Origin: Draconibacterium orientale
GTDB taxonomy: Bacteria > Bacteroidota > Bacteroidia > Bacteroidales > FEN-979
Assembly: GCA_020718225.1 (NCBI GenBank)
Contig: DYSO01000002.1
Location: 5,361-69,360 of the forward strand
Reading direction: 5' to 3'
Length of the DNA: 64,000 bases
Position numbers and translations under genes: made by a program. Shown here one piece after another: positions 1-8,131 of the stretch. The notes beneath the pieces are model-generated. The model made no database searches. It saw only the letters and a list, made by a program, of their open reading frames with translations, and was not told where the DNA came from. The first letter of the stretch is position 1. Each line of letters starts with the position of its first letter.

Positions 1-11
1 TATGGATGTGT

Positions 12-153
12 GACAGGTTGGACAGGTTGAACAGGTTAACCTGGTTAACCTGGTTAACCCGGTTTAACATGGTCAACCTGGTTTAACCTGGTCCAACCTG
101 GTTTAACATGGTCAACCTGTTCCAACCTGTTCCAACCTGTTCCAACCTGTCAG
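12..153. repeat. Tandem array A: about 15 units of 9-10 nt. ACAGGTT-type units lie on the left, AACCTGGTT/AACATGGTC units in the middle and AACCTGTTCC units on the right. The ends are reverse complements of each other.
   Basis: Read directly: gacaggttg x2, aacaggtta, acctggtta x2, then aacctgttcc x3, then aacctgtcag. The right end overlaps the TGA stop (150-152, minus strand) of the transposase gene. Confidence 0.9.
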
Positions 154-713
154 TTTTCCAGGATGAACATTTTTATTTTTTCTTCATCTATTTCGGCAGA
201 GAGGTTTTCAGCAAGGGTTTTGCCATTATAAAAATATTTGGCAAGTTCCTCTTTGCAAATCAGACTTGGGCCGGAAGTAACGGTCGATCTGTACGATGAG
301 AACCGGTATCGTGAGTCATCATCGGCAATGCCATGTTTTCGGGCATTTTGATTGATATACCGGATCATTTCATAAAAATAATATTCCCGACGGATTTCAA
401 TACGCTTGAGTTTGAACTGAAACAATTTTCCTTCCTCTCCATTGTGGTTGTTATGCCCTTTGGCGTAAGCGTTGAAAAGTATGGAAAAAGGTCTGTACAG
501 GCTCCCTTCAGCATCACTTTTTATTCGCACCAGTAGATGAAGATGGTCTTTCAGAAGACAATAAGCATAGGTATCGGCAACAGGTGTGATATGCGATCGA
601 TATAGCCGAAGGAAAAACCGGTAATCTTCTTCATCTTCGAACAGTGGACCGCCATTTCTGGCCCGGTTATATATATGGTAATATTTTCCGGGCTCCAATA
701 ATAAAGTTTTCAT
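150..713 (-). CDS. IS200/IS605-type Y1 (HUH) transposase, RAYT-like
   Basis: 187-aa ORF. The HUH motif sits in KDHLHLLVRIK, and the catalytic-Tyr helix motif is MIRYINQNARKHGIA (the Y-x-x-x-N pattern typical of the Y1_Tnp / COG1943 family). It is flanked by repeat arrays. Confidence 0.8.
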   Translation of the reverse strand: MKTLLLEPGKYYHIYNRARNGGPLFEDEEDYRFFLRLYRSHITPVADTYAYCLLKDHLHLLVRIKSDAEGSLYRPFSILFNAYAKGHNNHNGEEGKLFQFKLKRIEIRREYYFYEMIRYINQNARKHGIADDDSRYRFSSYRSTVTSGPSLICKEELAKYFYNGKTLAENLSAEIDEEKIKMFILEN

Positions 714-822
714 AAGCAGTTTTTCTGCTTAATCGGAAAAACCTCAAAAAGTAATACGATTGTAAATTTTTTCCGAAAAATTCCAGATCCCCCTCTTTTT
801 CCTGTTAAACCAAGAAAAAACA

Positions 823-873
823 AGTTGACCAGGTTGACCAGGTTAACCTGGTTTAACCTGGTTTAACCTGTTA
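823..873. repeat. Tandem array B: 2x GACCAGGTT, a central GGTTAACC palindrome, then 2x AACCTGGTTT. It is an imperfect hairpin.
   Basis: Read directly: agttgaccaggttgaccaggttaacctggtttaacctggtttaacctg, followed immediately by tta, which is the stop codon of the minus-strand gene 871-3840. Confidence 0.9.
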
Positions 874-3840
874 CGGTTTATATACTACCCCCAGGTTCTT
901 TTTTCCGTCTATTGCAATCCGGATGGGTTTTTCGAAGTGGATGTGCCGGAGAAACTCATCTTCATAGGCTGCTGTTTGACCTGCCAGGTATTCAATATCA
1001 TAGAATCCATCGTTGATGAAAGGGTTTACCGTAAAATAGCCCACCCGGAATGAAGTGAGGTTTTGAAAAAAGTGGGTACCCTGGCTTGGGTCAATCCGGT
1101 AATGTTCGAGCCCCGATTCAACAATAAGCCTTGCTGCGCTGATCTGGGGCCATTTAACCGGGATTCCCAGCCATGGATCGCTGGAACCCCAGCGACCGGG
1201 GCCTACCAGTACATAATTTTTTTTCTCTGTTGTGAATTTATCGTTCAGCTTTTCAAGCAGATGAACTATTTCCTGGCTTTTTGAAGCATTAAAATTCTCA
1301 GGTTTTACGTAGACGAAATCGTGGATATTTTTAACGATGCCATTGCCCAGGGCAGTATTTGAAACCAGCAGCATATCTTCTTTACGGATATCTTCCGGCC
1401 GAAGGTTGATGGTTTCATCGCGTCCGGCGATGGGGCGGATCTGAAGCAAGCTGAAAATTTTGGGTTGTCCCTTGGGTAGATCGAGGTTTACCGCAAACTC
1501 AATTTCAACCGGTTTATTCATCTCCCGCTGACCTATTTCCAGCGCCTGGTTAAGAATTTCGGCCAAAGGAAAAGTATCATGATTAAGCAACTGCGAAAAA
1601 GTGATGATCCGTTTTCCATCGAATAAGGTCCCTTCTTTTAGTTGATGGCTCTCAAAATCAAAAGTTGATGCCACCATTTTCAAAGCGTTGTCATTTTCAG
1701 CATCCTTGATCCTCAGTTTCATGAGATTCACGGTATCATCCATGCTTGGTGCAAAACTCTCAGGACGGAGATCGAGGGCAAAAAAAGTTTTCTGTGTTTC
1801 ACTCAAGGCAAGGTCCGGAGTGGATAGTTGCAATATTTTTTTAGGATATTTCGGTGAAAACCGGATACCTATGCCACCATCAACGATATATTTCCCCAAT
1901 CCAAAAGCAATATTGGCAATGCCATCTTCTGGCTTCTCAGGGGCGATTGGATAAAAATTGATGGAACGGGCAACTCCCGAAATAGCCGGATAAAACCGAT
2001 CGCCATACTGGCGGCCGGTGACCTCCTGAAGCACAATCGCCATTTTTTCTTCGTCGATCATGTTAAGGGTCGCTGCCATGTATGATTTGCTATCTTTATA
2101 GTAGGCTGATGCATAAACACTTTTAATAGCATCCCCCAATTTATCGATCATGACCCGGTCGTTAAATTTAATATTTGGGATCATGTAGGTTGAATATATA
2201 CCTGCAAAAGGTTGATAATGTGAATCTTCGAGCAAACTTGAAGAACGGATCGCAATGGGGTTGTTGATACAGGAGATAAAACGGTACAGATCTTCATGGA
2301 TCCGGAAAGGCAACCTTGCTTTGACAAACCGCGCCAGAATATCTTTATCGCTCCGGTCGGAAAGGGCAATTTCATAGAGGTTGTTATCCTCCATAAACTC
2401 ATCAAAAATATCCGTTCCAAGAACCACTGTTCTGGGAATGGAAATAACAACATCCTCATACAGATCGGTAAGCCTGTTCCTTTTGATCAGGGAATCCAGA
2501 AATGCCAACCCCCGTGCTTTTCCGCCAATCGAACCTTCGCCGATACGGGCGAATTGCAGATATTCATCATAGCGGTCGCGGTCGAAATCGGCAATGACCC
2601 CTTTGGCTTTATTGATACGGAAAGCGGTGATGGAATCAAACAAATACCGTTTTGCTTCATCCATATCATTGGCGAATTCGGTTACCGATACTTCTTTAAA
2701 CATCTCGGCAATCGGGAATAAAGAGCGGGCATTCAACCATTTCGAAAAATGGTTCCGTTCCATATGATATAACAGGGAATCGTTCGGGATTTCAAAAATC
2801 TTATCCTGTAGTGATTTCAGGTCTACAGCCCGGGTGATCTCCCTTCCGTTTTTCGGATCGATGAAAATAAAATCGCCAAATGAAAAATATTCATTGATAT
2901 AATTCCGAAGTTCAATGGAAAGTGTTTTGGAAAGTTTGTTCAGGAACCCCACTTTCAGGTCATGGGCCAGGGTTTCGTATTCGGTATCGGTCGATTGAAA
3001 AAGAATGGGCATATAGGCATTTTCTGCACGGACTTTTTCAACGAATTTAATGCCTGCCGTTTTGTCGGTTACCCCGCCCCGCATAAAGCTGATATCGGTG
3101 ATAATCCCCAAAAGGTTTGCCTTATATTTTTCCCACATGCCAACGGCTTCTTCATAGTTGGTAGCAAGTAAAATTTTGCTCCGGCCACGCATCCTTAACA
3201 TTTTCTGGTGCTCGTTAAGGCCTTCGCTTACAGTAGTTTTCGATTGCTTCAGAAGAATTTTGTAAATATTTGGCAAATAGGTTGAATAAAAACGGATGGA
3301 ATCTTCAACCAGTAAGATGGCCTGTACCCCCTGTTTGACATCCTGGTCGATGTTCATTCTGTCCTCAATCAGTTTAATGATGGCCAACAGGATATCGGCA
3401 TTGCCAAGCCAGCTAAACACATAATCGATAGCGCTGAGGTCCTTTTCAACAAGTTTAAGGTTGACTTCGCGTGAAAAGGGAGTGAGTGCAACGATGGGTA
3501 TTGCCGGGTATTTTTTCTTGATCCGGATGGCCAGGTCGAAGGTGTCGGATTTTTCGATGTTCAGCATTGAAATAACCAATTCGACCCGCTTGTCTTCCAA
3601 CACTTCGAAGGCCTCTTCTTCCGAAGTGACTTTGAGAAACTGCGGCGGATAACGCAGGTTTAAAGAAACATATTCCAGAAAAATAGTCTCATCAATGCGG
3701 CCGTCTTCTTCCAGCATAAAAGCATCATAGGTGCTTGAAATAAGCAAGACCTGATATATCCGCCGTTTCATCAGAAGATTAAACGAGGTATCGATAAAGT
3801 AATACTTCTTCGGGTCCAGAACATTCTGTTTGTGCTTCAT
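871..3840 (-). CDS. Signal-transduction protein: pseudo-receiver + receiver + PEP/pyruvate-binding ATP-grasp domain (PPDK_N-like) + conserved C-terminal domain. It has no phosphohistidine swivel or PEP-utilizer TIM domain.
   Basis: 989-aa ORF. The first REC-like domain has VELVISMLNI, with no Asp at the acceptor position. The second has AILLVEDS, LLGIITDISF and PILFQST. ATP-grasp motifs are GGKARGLAFL, IRSSSLLEDS, PFAGIYSTY, and VEIEFAV followed by LLQIRP. The C-terminal domain carries GPGRWGSSDPWLGIPV and SQGTHFFQNLTS. It is a paralog of 10602-14477. Confidence 0.75.
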   Translation of the reverse strand: MKHKQNVLDPKKYYFIDTSFNLLMKRRIYQVLLISSTYDAFMLEEDGRIDETIFLEYVSLNLRYPPQFLKVTSEEEAFEVLEDKRVELVISMLNIEKSDTFDLAIRIKKKYPAIPIVALTPFSREVNLKLVEKDLSAIDYVFSWLGNADILLAIIKLIEDRMNIDQDVKQGVQAILLVEDSIRFYSTYLPNIYKILLKQSKTTVSEGLNEHQKMLRMRGRSKILLATNYEEAVGMWEKYKANLLGIITDISFMRGGVTDKTAGIKFVEKVRAENAYMPILFQSTDTEYETLAHDLKVGFLNKLSKTLSIELRNYINEYFSFGDFIFIDPKNGREITRAVDLKSLQDKIFEIPNDSLLYHMERNHFSKWLNARSLFPIAEMFKEVSVTEFANDMDEAKRYLFDSITAFRINKAKGVIADFDRDRYDEYLQFARIGEGSIGGKARGLAFLDSLIKRNRLTDLYEDVVISIPRTVVLGTDIFDEFMEDNNLYEIALSDRSDKDILARFVKARLPFRIHEDLYRFISCINNPIAIRSSSLLEDSHYQPFAGIYSTYMIPNIKFNDRVMIDKLGDAIKSVYASAYYKDSKSYMAATLNMIDEEKMAIVLQEVTGRQYGDRFYPAISGVARSINFYPIAPEKPEDGIANIAFGLGKYIVDGGIGIRFSPKYPKKILQLSTPDLALSETQKTFFALDLRPESFAPSMDDTVNLMKLRIKDAENDNALKMVASTFDFESHQLKEGTLFDGKRIITFSQLLNHDTFPLAEILNQALEIGQREMNKPVEIEFAVNLDLPKGQPKIFSLLQIRPIAGRDETINLRPEDIRKEDMLLVSNTALGNGIVKNIHDFVYVKPENFNASKSQEIVHLLEKLNDKFTTEKKNYVLVGPGRWGSSDPWLGIPVKWPQISAARLIVESGLEHYRIDPSQGTHFFQNLTSFRVGYFTVNPFINDGFYDIEYLAGQTAAYEDEFLRHIHFEKPIRIAIDGKKNLGVVYKP

Positions 3841-3882
3841 AACGCTATGTTTATCCGCGTTTTAACTCCATGAACAAAGGAT

Positions 3883-4338
3883 TTAATTTTCTCTCAGGAT
3901 ATAGTCATCGTATTCAACTTCAAACCGCAGTTTGTGTTTGGCCTCTTCCTGGGCGAGACTCAGAAATATACTACCGGTCCGGGAATCAGGGGCTGCTTCG
4001 GCTAATTCCGTGTACATCCGGTAGGCGGCCTTTTCCTTTTTCATGGCCAATATCAGGGCATCCTGATAGGTCATGTCCGGTGATGGTTTAATATCGACCA
4101 GGTATTCAGTTATTTTTAAGTCTTTGATTTTGGTCTCTGATAATTGAAAAGAACCATTTTCTTTTACTTTTATCAGATTTACTTTGTGGCGCATCTCCTC
4201 TTCGGCAAAATCGGTAAAGACCTCTTTGCTTTGTCTGCTTTTTGACTGACCGGCTAACATGAGATAAAAATCAACAGCAGCCTGTTCTTCCCCGATTGCA
4301 AAATCGAGGATATCTTCGATTGTTTTAAATTCTTTCAT
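3883..4338 (-). CDS. Rubrerythrin/ferritin-like diiron protein without a rubredoxin domain
   Basis: 151-aa ORF with two E-x-x-H diiron motifs (AEEEMRH, AQEEAKH) plus glutamates in GEEQAAVDFY. It is co-directional with the upstream oxidoreductase genes, with a 29-nt gap. Confidence 0.65.
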   Translation of the reverse strand: MKEFKTIEDILDFAIGEEQAAVDFYLMLAGQSKSRQSKEVFTDFAEEEMRHKVNLIKVKENGSFQLSETKIKDLKITEYLVDIKPSPDMTYQDALILAMKKEKAAYRMYTELAEAAPDSRTGSIFLSLAQEEAKHKLRFEVEYDDYILREN

Positions 4339-4367
4339 ATGGTTTTATTTAATTTTTTGATCCCTGT

Positions 4368-7300
4368 TTATTCTACTGAAAAGGCCTTATTGAATTCCTC
4401 ATCGAATCTTTTCACCAATGCGTCGCACCCATGCTTGAACAGTTTGATATGATTATCGCCGTCAGTGGGTTGCAACGTGTGTTTTTCATGGTCTCTTTTT
4501 CCGGGAAGAAGGGCAATGGCTTCCAAAAAAACATCCTGGGGGTTATCGGCTGCCGGCAATCCAAGCCGGTTGATTATGGAAGACAGTTGTTCCAGGGAAG
4601 TCATGGTTATCTTCGATTTTAACCCGGGATGAAACTCCTGTATCACTTTCTGTGTATTGGTATAGGAGCCACCAGTTTCGACCGGCATGGAAGCGGGCAG
4701 TATTAAATCGGAAGCCATGGCTGTCGGGGTCAGAAAATAATCCTGAACCACTTTAAAAGGCGCTTTCTCAAAAATGTCCTGAACGGTTGTGCTGTCTACC
4801 GCACAACCCATGGGGTCCTCACCGAAAATAAACAAATTTCTGATCCTGCCTTCCATTAATTGTGCATGAAGTGGTTTGGACACACCTCCTGCAATGTTTG
4901 CGGTTTTCCATTGTTCCCGGCATCGTTGGGCAAAGGCTTCATCTGACAGATCCTGGCCTCCGATACCCTTTTCCGGTACAATTCCCATATCAAACAAACC
5001 GTGTGCGTTGTTTTTCTCCTTTAATGAGATGATCCCGTTGGCGGTCTTTCCAAGTTTCCCGGTAATACAGGCAAGATTAAAAATCTCTTTACTGGTATTG
5101 GCTGAAATCTCCTTTTCCGAAAACAAGATGATGGCATTCATTTCCTTGTTATAAGATTCGGCAAAATCAGAAATTTCCCCTCCGGCAATTCCCGATTTCA
5201 TGACCAGATGTTCATAATCCTCCTGCAACAACCCGTTTTTATAGCCTTCCAGTCCTGTTACCCGGTCGTTGAGGAAAAGTCTGTTTTCCAATCCGTGTGA
5301 AAGCAGATAGTGGTTAACCGCTCTGATGAAATAATAATATGATTTTATGGTGAGCAGCCCATCCACTTTATGTGCCATGGTATGGCACTCTTTTTCAGTG
5401 ACCATGATTACCGGCGTTTTCTTCAGATAACGTGCATGCTGTACCATAAACCCCACCACCGCATGATCCTGGTTTATCTCCGTCCCTATGAGGTAGAGTT
5501 TACTGGCATGGGATATCTGGTCAAAAGGCACATTGTATTCGCTGTTGCTGCGATACCCTTCGCCTCTGCCAAGATAATGAAAACTACCGACATTATTTGT
5601 TTTTACAGCCCCCCGTGCCAGCTTCTGTATCATATACAATTCCTCATTTGATAAACGGGCGCCGCCAAAAAATGCATTTTCATCAGGTTTAGCCAAACCA
5701 ATCTTTTCAACAATCACTTCAATGGCTTTTTCGAATGTGATGGTTTCAAATTTGCCATCGACCTTCATTAAAGGTTTAGTAATTCGCTGTTTATCATTGA
5801 AGTATGAATAACCAAAAGCTGCATATTTGCATAGGTTCCCATCGCTGTTTACCAATCCGTTCCGGCCGGTTACACGCATTACAAAACCATTTTTATGGTG
5901 GAGGGTCAAAGCGCATCCAACAGAACAGTAATTGCAGATAGTATCGATGGTATCGGTTTTAACAGGGCCGGGTTTAAACAGGACATTTTCGGAAATAGCT
6001 CCGGTAGGACAGGTTGAGATACACAAACCGCAGGATTCGCAATGGGTGTTTTGGAGAGAATCGCCCATACTTGGGGCAACATAGGTGTCGAAGCCCCGGT
6101 TGATCAACCCAAGGGCATTGGCCCCTGCCACTTCGCGGCAAATCCGGATGCAGCGGGCACAGAGAATACATTTGTTATTGTCGATCTCAACATAAGGATG
6201 GCGAAAATCAACCGTATATTCTTTGAATTCACCGGAATAGGCAGTTTGCCGGGCTTCATACTCTGTAGAATAACGCTGGAGGCTGCAATCAAAAAAAGCG
6301 GTGCAGCCACATTCGAGACACCTTTGGGCTTCGTGTCGGGCCACCTCTTCATTGGAATAGCCCAATTCCACCTCTTTAAAATTAATCCTCTCATTGGCTG
6401 GCAACACAGGCATCTCCTCGCGAAGCTGAAACGCATAATGTCCCTGAAAATCTTCTTTAACCTGTTTCTTAAAATGGTCTCGTTTACTGGTAAATGGTTT
6501 GGGAACGGGCAACATGGGCAATCCCATCAGAAATTGATGGGCGCTGGTTGAGGCAATCCTGGCCTGAGCAATGGCCGCGATGATGGTAGCCGGTCCGGTC
6601 ACCCCGTCGCCGGCGGCAAAAATGGATGAGACCCCTGTTTGCAGGGTTGCTTTATCGGTATCGATATCGCCCCATTTATTGATCTTCAATTCCCCGTTGG
6701 ATGTATTCTGGTTGATATCATGGATAAAATCAACGTCTGTTTTCTGGCCAATGGCAGCCAATATATAATCCACATTCAGTTCGAAATCTGAACCTTCAAC
6801 AGGGACAGGTCTCCGACGACCTGAGGTATCGGGTTCTCCCAATTCCATTTTGATACAGGTAACCGATTGCACTTCACCCCGTTCATTTTTATTGATTTTT
6901 TTGGGTAAGGTAAGAAAAAGATACTCCACCCCTTCCAGTTTGGATTCATGAATTTCTATGGGATTGGCTGGCATCTCCTTTTCCGTCCGGCGATAAATCA
7001 CATATACCTTATCGGCATGGCAGCGAACCGATGTCCGGCAACAATCCATAGCTGTATTTCCGCCTCCCACGACCGCAATGGTCTTCCCCCGGAAATCGTA
7101 GTGTTGGCCGGTAACTTCCATGTTTTTTAAGAAATCGATACCCGAAAATACATTTTCCGCGTCATCGCCTTCACATCCAACCCCGGTCCCTTTCTGGGAA
7201 CCTATGGTGAGAATCAATGCATCATACTTTTCTTTCAGCTCCTTATAGCTCAGGTTGCCACCCAACCGCTGGTTATAAAAAATCCGGACACCCAGGTCGG

Positions 7301-8072
7301 TAATATTTTTTACCTCCTCATCCAGGATGTCATTCGGTAAACGATATTCCGGGATTCCATACCGAAGCCATCCACCGGATTTTGGGGCAGCTTCATAAAT
7401 ATCCGCCTGATGACCTTCAATCTGCATAAAATGGCCGGTTGACAAGCCGCCCGGGCCTGCCCCGATGACAGCAATCCGTTTTCCTGTAGAAGGTTTTACG
7501 ACAGGGATATATCTATTTGGAGATGTCAGGTCATAATCCGATGCAAACCTTTTCAGATAATCAATCCCAACAGGGGCTCCTTCATCCAGAAGGTTGCGAC
7601 GGCATTCGGCTTCACAGGGACGGACGCATACCCGGCCACATATGGCAGGCAACGGGTTTGTCTCCTTAATAAGGGCAACCGCCTCACGATACAGTCCCTT
7701 ATCGATCAAGGAAATATAACCCTGAACATCCACCCCGGCAGGACAAGTTTGTTTGCAGGGGCCTATGCAATCAGCATAATGGTTGCTCAGCATGAGTTCC
7801 AACGCCATCCGGCGCGATTTCCGGATGGCTGCATTGTCGGTAACGATTTTCATCCCTTCCGTAAGTTTCGTGGAGCATGAAGGTTGATGCCCGCGCATCC
7901 CTTCCACTTCGACAACACACAGGTAGCACGAAGTAAAAGGTTCGAGACGGTCGTCGTTGCATAAGGTGGGAATATCAACGCCATGCCGCTTTGCAAGGTC
8001 AAGGATGGTCTCTCCGGAAAACCCCTTTACGATATTTCCGTTCAGAATGATATTTAAAGAATTGTCAGCCAT
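4368..8072 (-). CDS. Multidomain Fe-S flavoprotein: [2Fe-2S] ferredoxin + GltD/NfnB-like NAD(P)H/FAD module + 2x[4Fe-4S] + molybdopterin-oxidoreductase-like (NuoG/FdhA-like) domain
   Basis: The start is taken at MADNSLNI (ATG 8072), because the 37 codons upstream only translate the heptamer array. Motifs: CNDDRLEPFTSCYLC ([2Fe-2S]); CGRVCVRPCEAEC; RIAVIGAGPGGLS (FAD); IAVVGGGNTAMDC (NAD(P)H); AAGDGVTGPATII; CILCARCIRIC and CESCGLCISTCP (ferredoxin-type clusters); CNYCSVGCAL followed by NLCKYAAFG (MopB Fe4S4 domain). Confidence 0.75.
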   Translation of the reverse strand: MADNSLNIILNGNIVKGFSGETILDLAKRHGVDIPTLCNDDRLEPFTSCYLCVVEVEGMRGHQPSCSTKLTEGMKIVTDNAAIRKSRRMALELMLSNHYADCIGPCKQTCPAGVDVQGYISLIDKGLYREAVALIKETNPLPAICGRVCVRPCEAECRRNLLDEGAPVGIDYLKRFASDYDLTSPNRYIPVVKPSTGKRIAVIGAGPGGLSTGHFMQIEGHQADIYEAAPKSGGWLRYGIPEYRLPNDILDEEVKNITDLGVRIFYNQRLGGNLSYKELKEKYDALILTIGSQKGTGVGCEGDDAENVFSGIDFLKNMEVTGQHYDFRGKTIAVVGGGNTAMDCCRTSVRCHADKVYVIYRRTEKEMPANPIEIHESKLEGVEYLFLTLPKKINKNERGEVQSVTCIKMELGEPDTSGRRRPVPVEGSDFELNVDYILAAIGQKTDVDFIHDINQNTSNGELKINKWGDIDTDKATLQTGVSSIFAAGDGVTGPATIIAAIAQARIASTSAHQFLMGLPMLPVPKPFTSKRDHFKKQVKEDFQGHYAFQLREEMPVLPANERINFKEVELGYSNEEVARHEAQRCLECGCTAFFDCSLQRYSTEYEARQTAYSGEFKEYTVDFRHPYVEIDNNKCILCARCIRICREVAGANALGLINRGFDTYVAPSMGDSLQNTHCESCGLCISTCPTGAISENVLFKPGPVKTDTIDTICNYCSVGCALTLHHKNGFVMRVTGRNGLVNSDGNLCKYAAFGYSYFNDKQRITKPLMKVDGKFETITFEKAIEVIVEKIGLAKPDENAFFGGARLSNEELYMIQKLARGAVKTNNVGSFHYLGRGEGYRSNSEYNVPFDQISHASKLYLIGTEINQDHAVVGFMVQHARYLKKTPVIMVTEKECHTMAHKVDGLLTIKSYYYFIRAVNHYLLSHGLENRLFLNDRVTGLEGYKNGLLQEDYEHLVMKSGIAGGEISDFAESYNKEMNAIILFSEKEISANTSKEIFNLACITGKLGKTANGIISLKEKNNAHGLFDMGIVPEKGIGGQDLSDEAFAQRCREQWKTANIAGGVSKPLHAQLMEGRIRNLFIFGEDPMGCAVDSTTVQDIFEKAPFKVVQDYFLTPTAMASDLILPASMPVETGGSYTNTQKVIQEFHPGLKSKITMTSLEQLSSIINRLGLPAADNPQDVFLEAIALLPGKRDHEKHTLQPTDGDNHIKLFKHGCDALVKRFDEEFNKAFSVE

Positions 8073-8085
8073 TGGGATAAGTATT

Positions 8086-8131
8086 GGTGAGGGGTGAGTG
8101 GTGAGTAGTGAGTGGTGAGTGGTGAGTGGTG
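8086..8131. repeat. Tandem array C: 6.5 units of the heptamer GGTGAGT
   Basis: Read directly: ggtgagg ggtgagt ggtgagt agtgagt ggtgagt ggtgagt ggtg, then tta, the stop of gene 8132-9907. The array ends 13 nt before the next start codon at 8072. Confidence 0.9.

Larger units (their letters stand above)
12..873 (-). mobile_element. RAYT-like (REP-associated tyrosine transposase-like) locus: a Y1/HUH transposase gene with foldback short-unit arrays on both flanks
   Basis: The CDS at 150-713 carries HUH and Tyr motifs. Arrays at 12-153 and 823-873 are built from mutually reverse-complementary units (ACAGGTT / AACCTGT, GACCAGGTT / AACCTGGTT). No TnpB partner gene is present. Confidence 0.5.

Noticed and set aside
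12-153. Whether the short-unit arrays (also at 823-873, 8086-8131, 10558-10601, 27447-27488, 45321-45433 and 60209-60264) are CRISPR arrays.
   Set aside because: The units are only 7-10 nt and directly abut each other with no unique spacers. There are no cas genes in the window.
108-299. A 63-aa plus-strand ORF starting inside array A (MVNLFQPVPTCSNLS).
   Set aside because: It is a translation of the repeat array and of the antisense of the transposase gene. It is low-complexity and not credible.
871-3840. Annotating the PPDK_N-containing proteins (also 10602-14477) as PEP synthase or pyruvate phosphate dikinase.
   Set aside because: Only the ATP-grasp nucleotide-binding domain is present. 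I found no TSH-type phosphohistidine swivel motif or PEP-utilizer TIM-barrel region, and the N-termini are receiver domains.
4368-8072. Annotating the large subunit as formate dehydrogenase alpha or as glutamate synthase small subunit.
   Set aside because: The MopB-like domain shows no Cys/Sec at the expected ligand position. The GltD-like module is embedded in a larger Fe-S protein next to NuoEF-like genes, with no GltB nearby.
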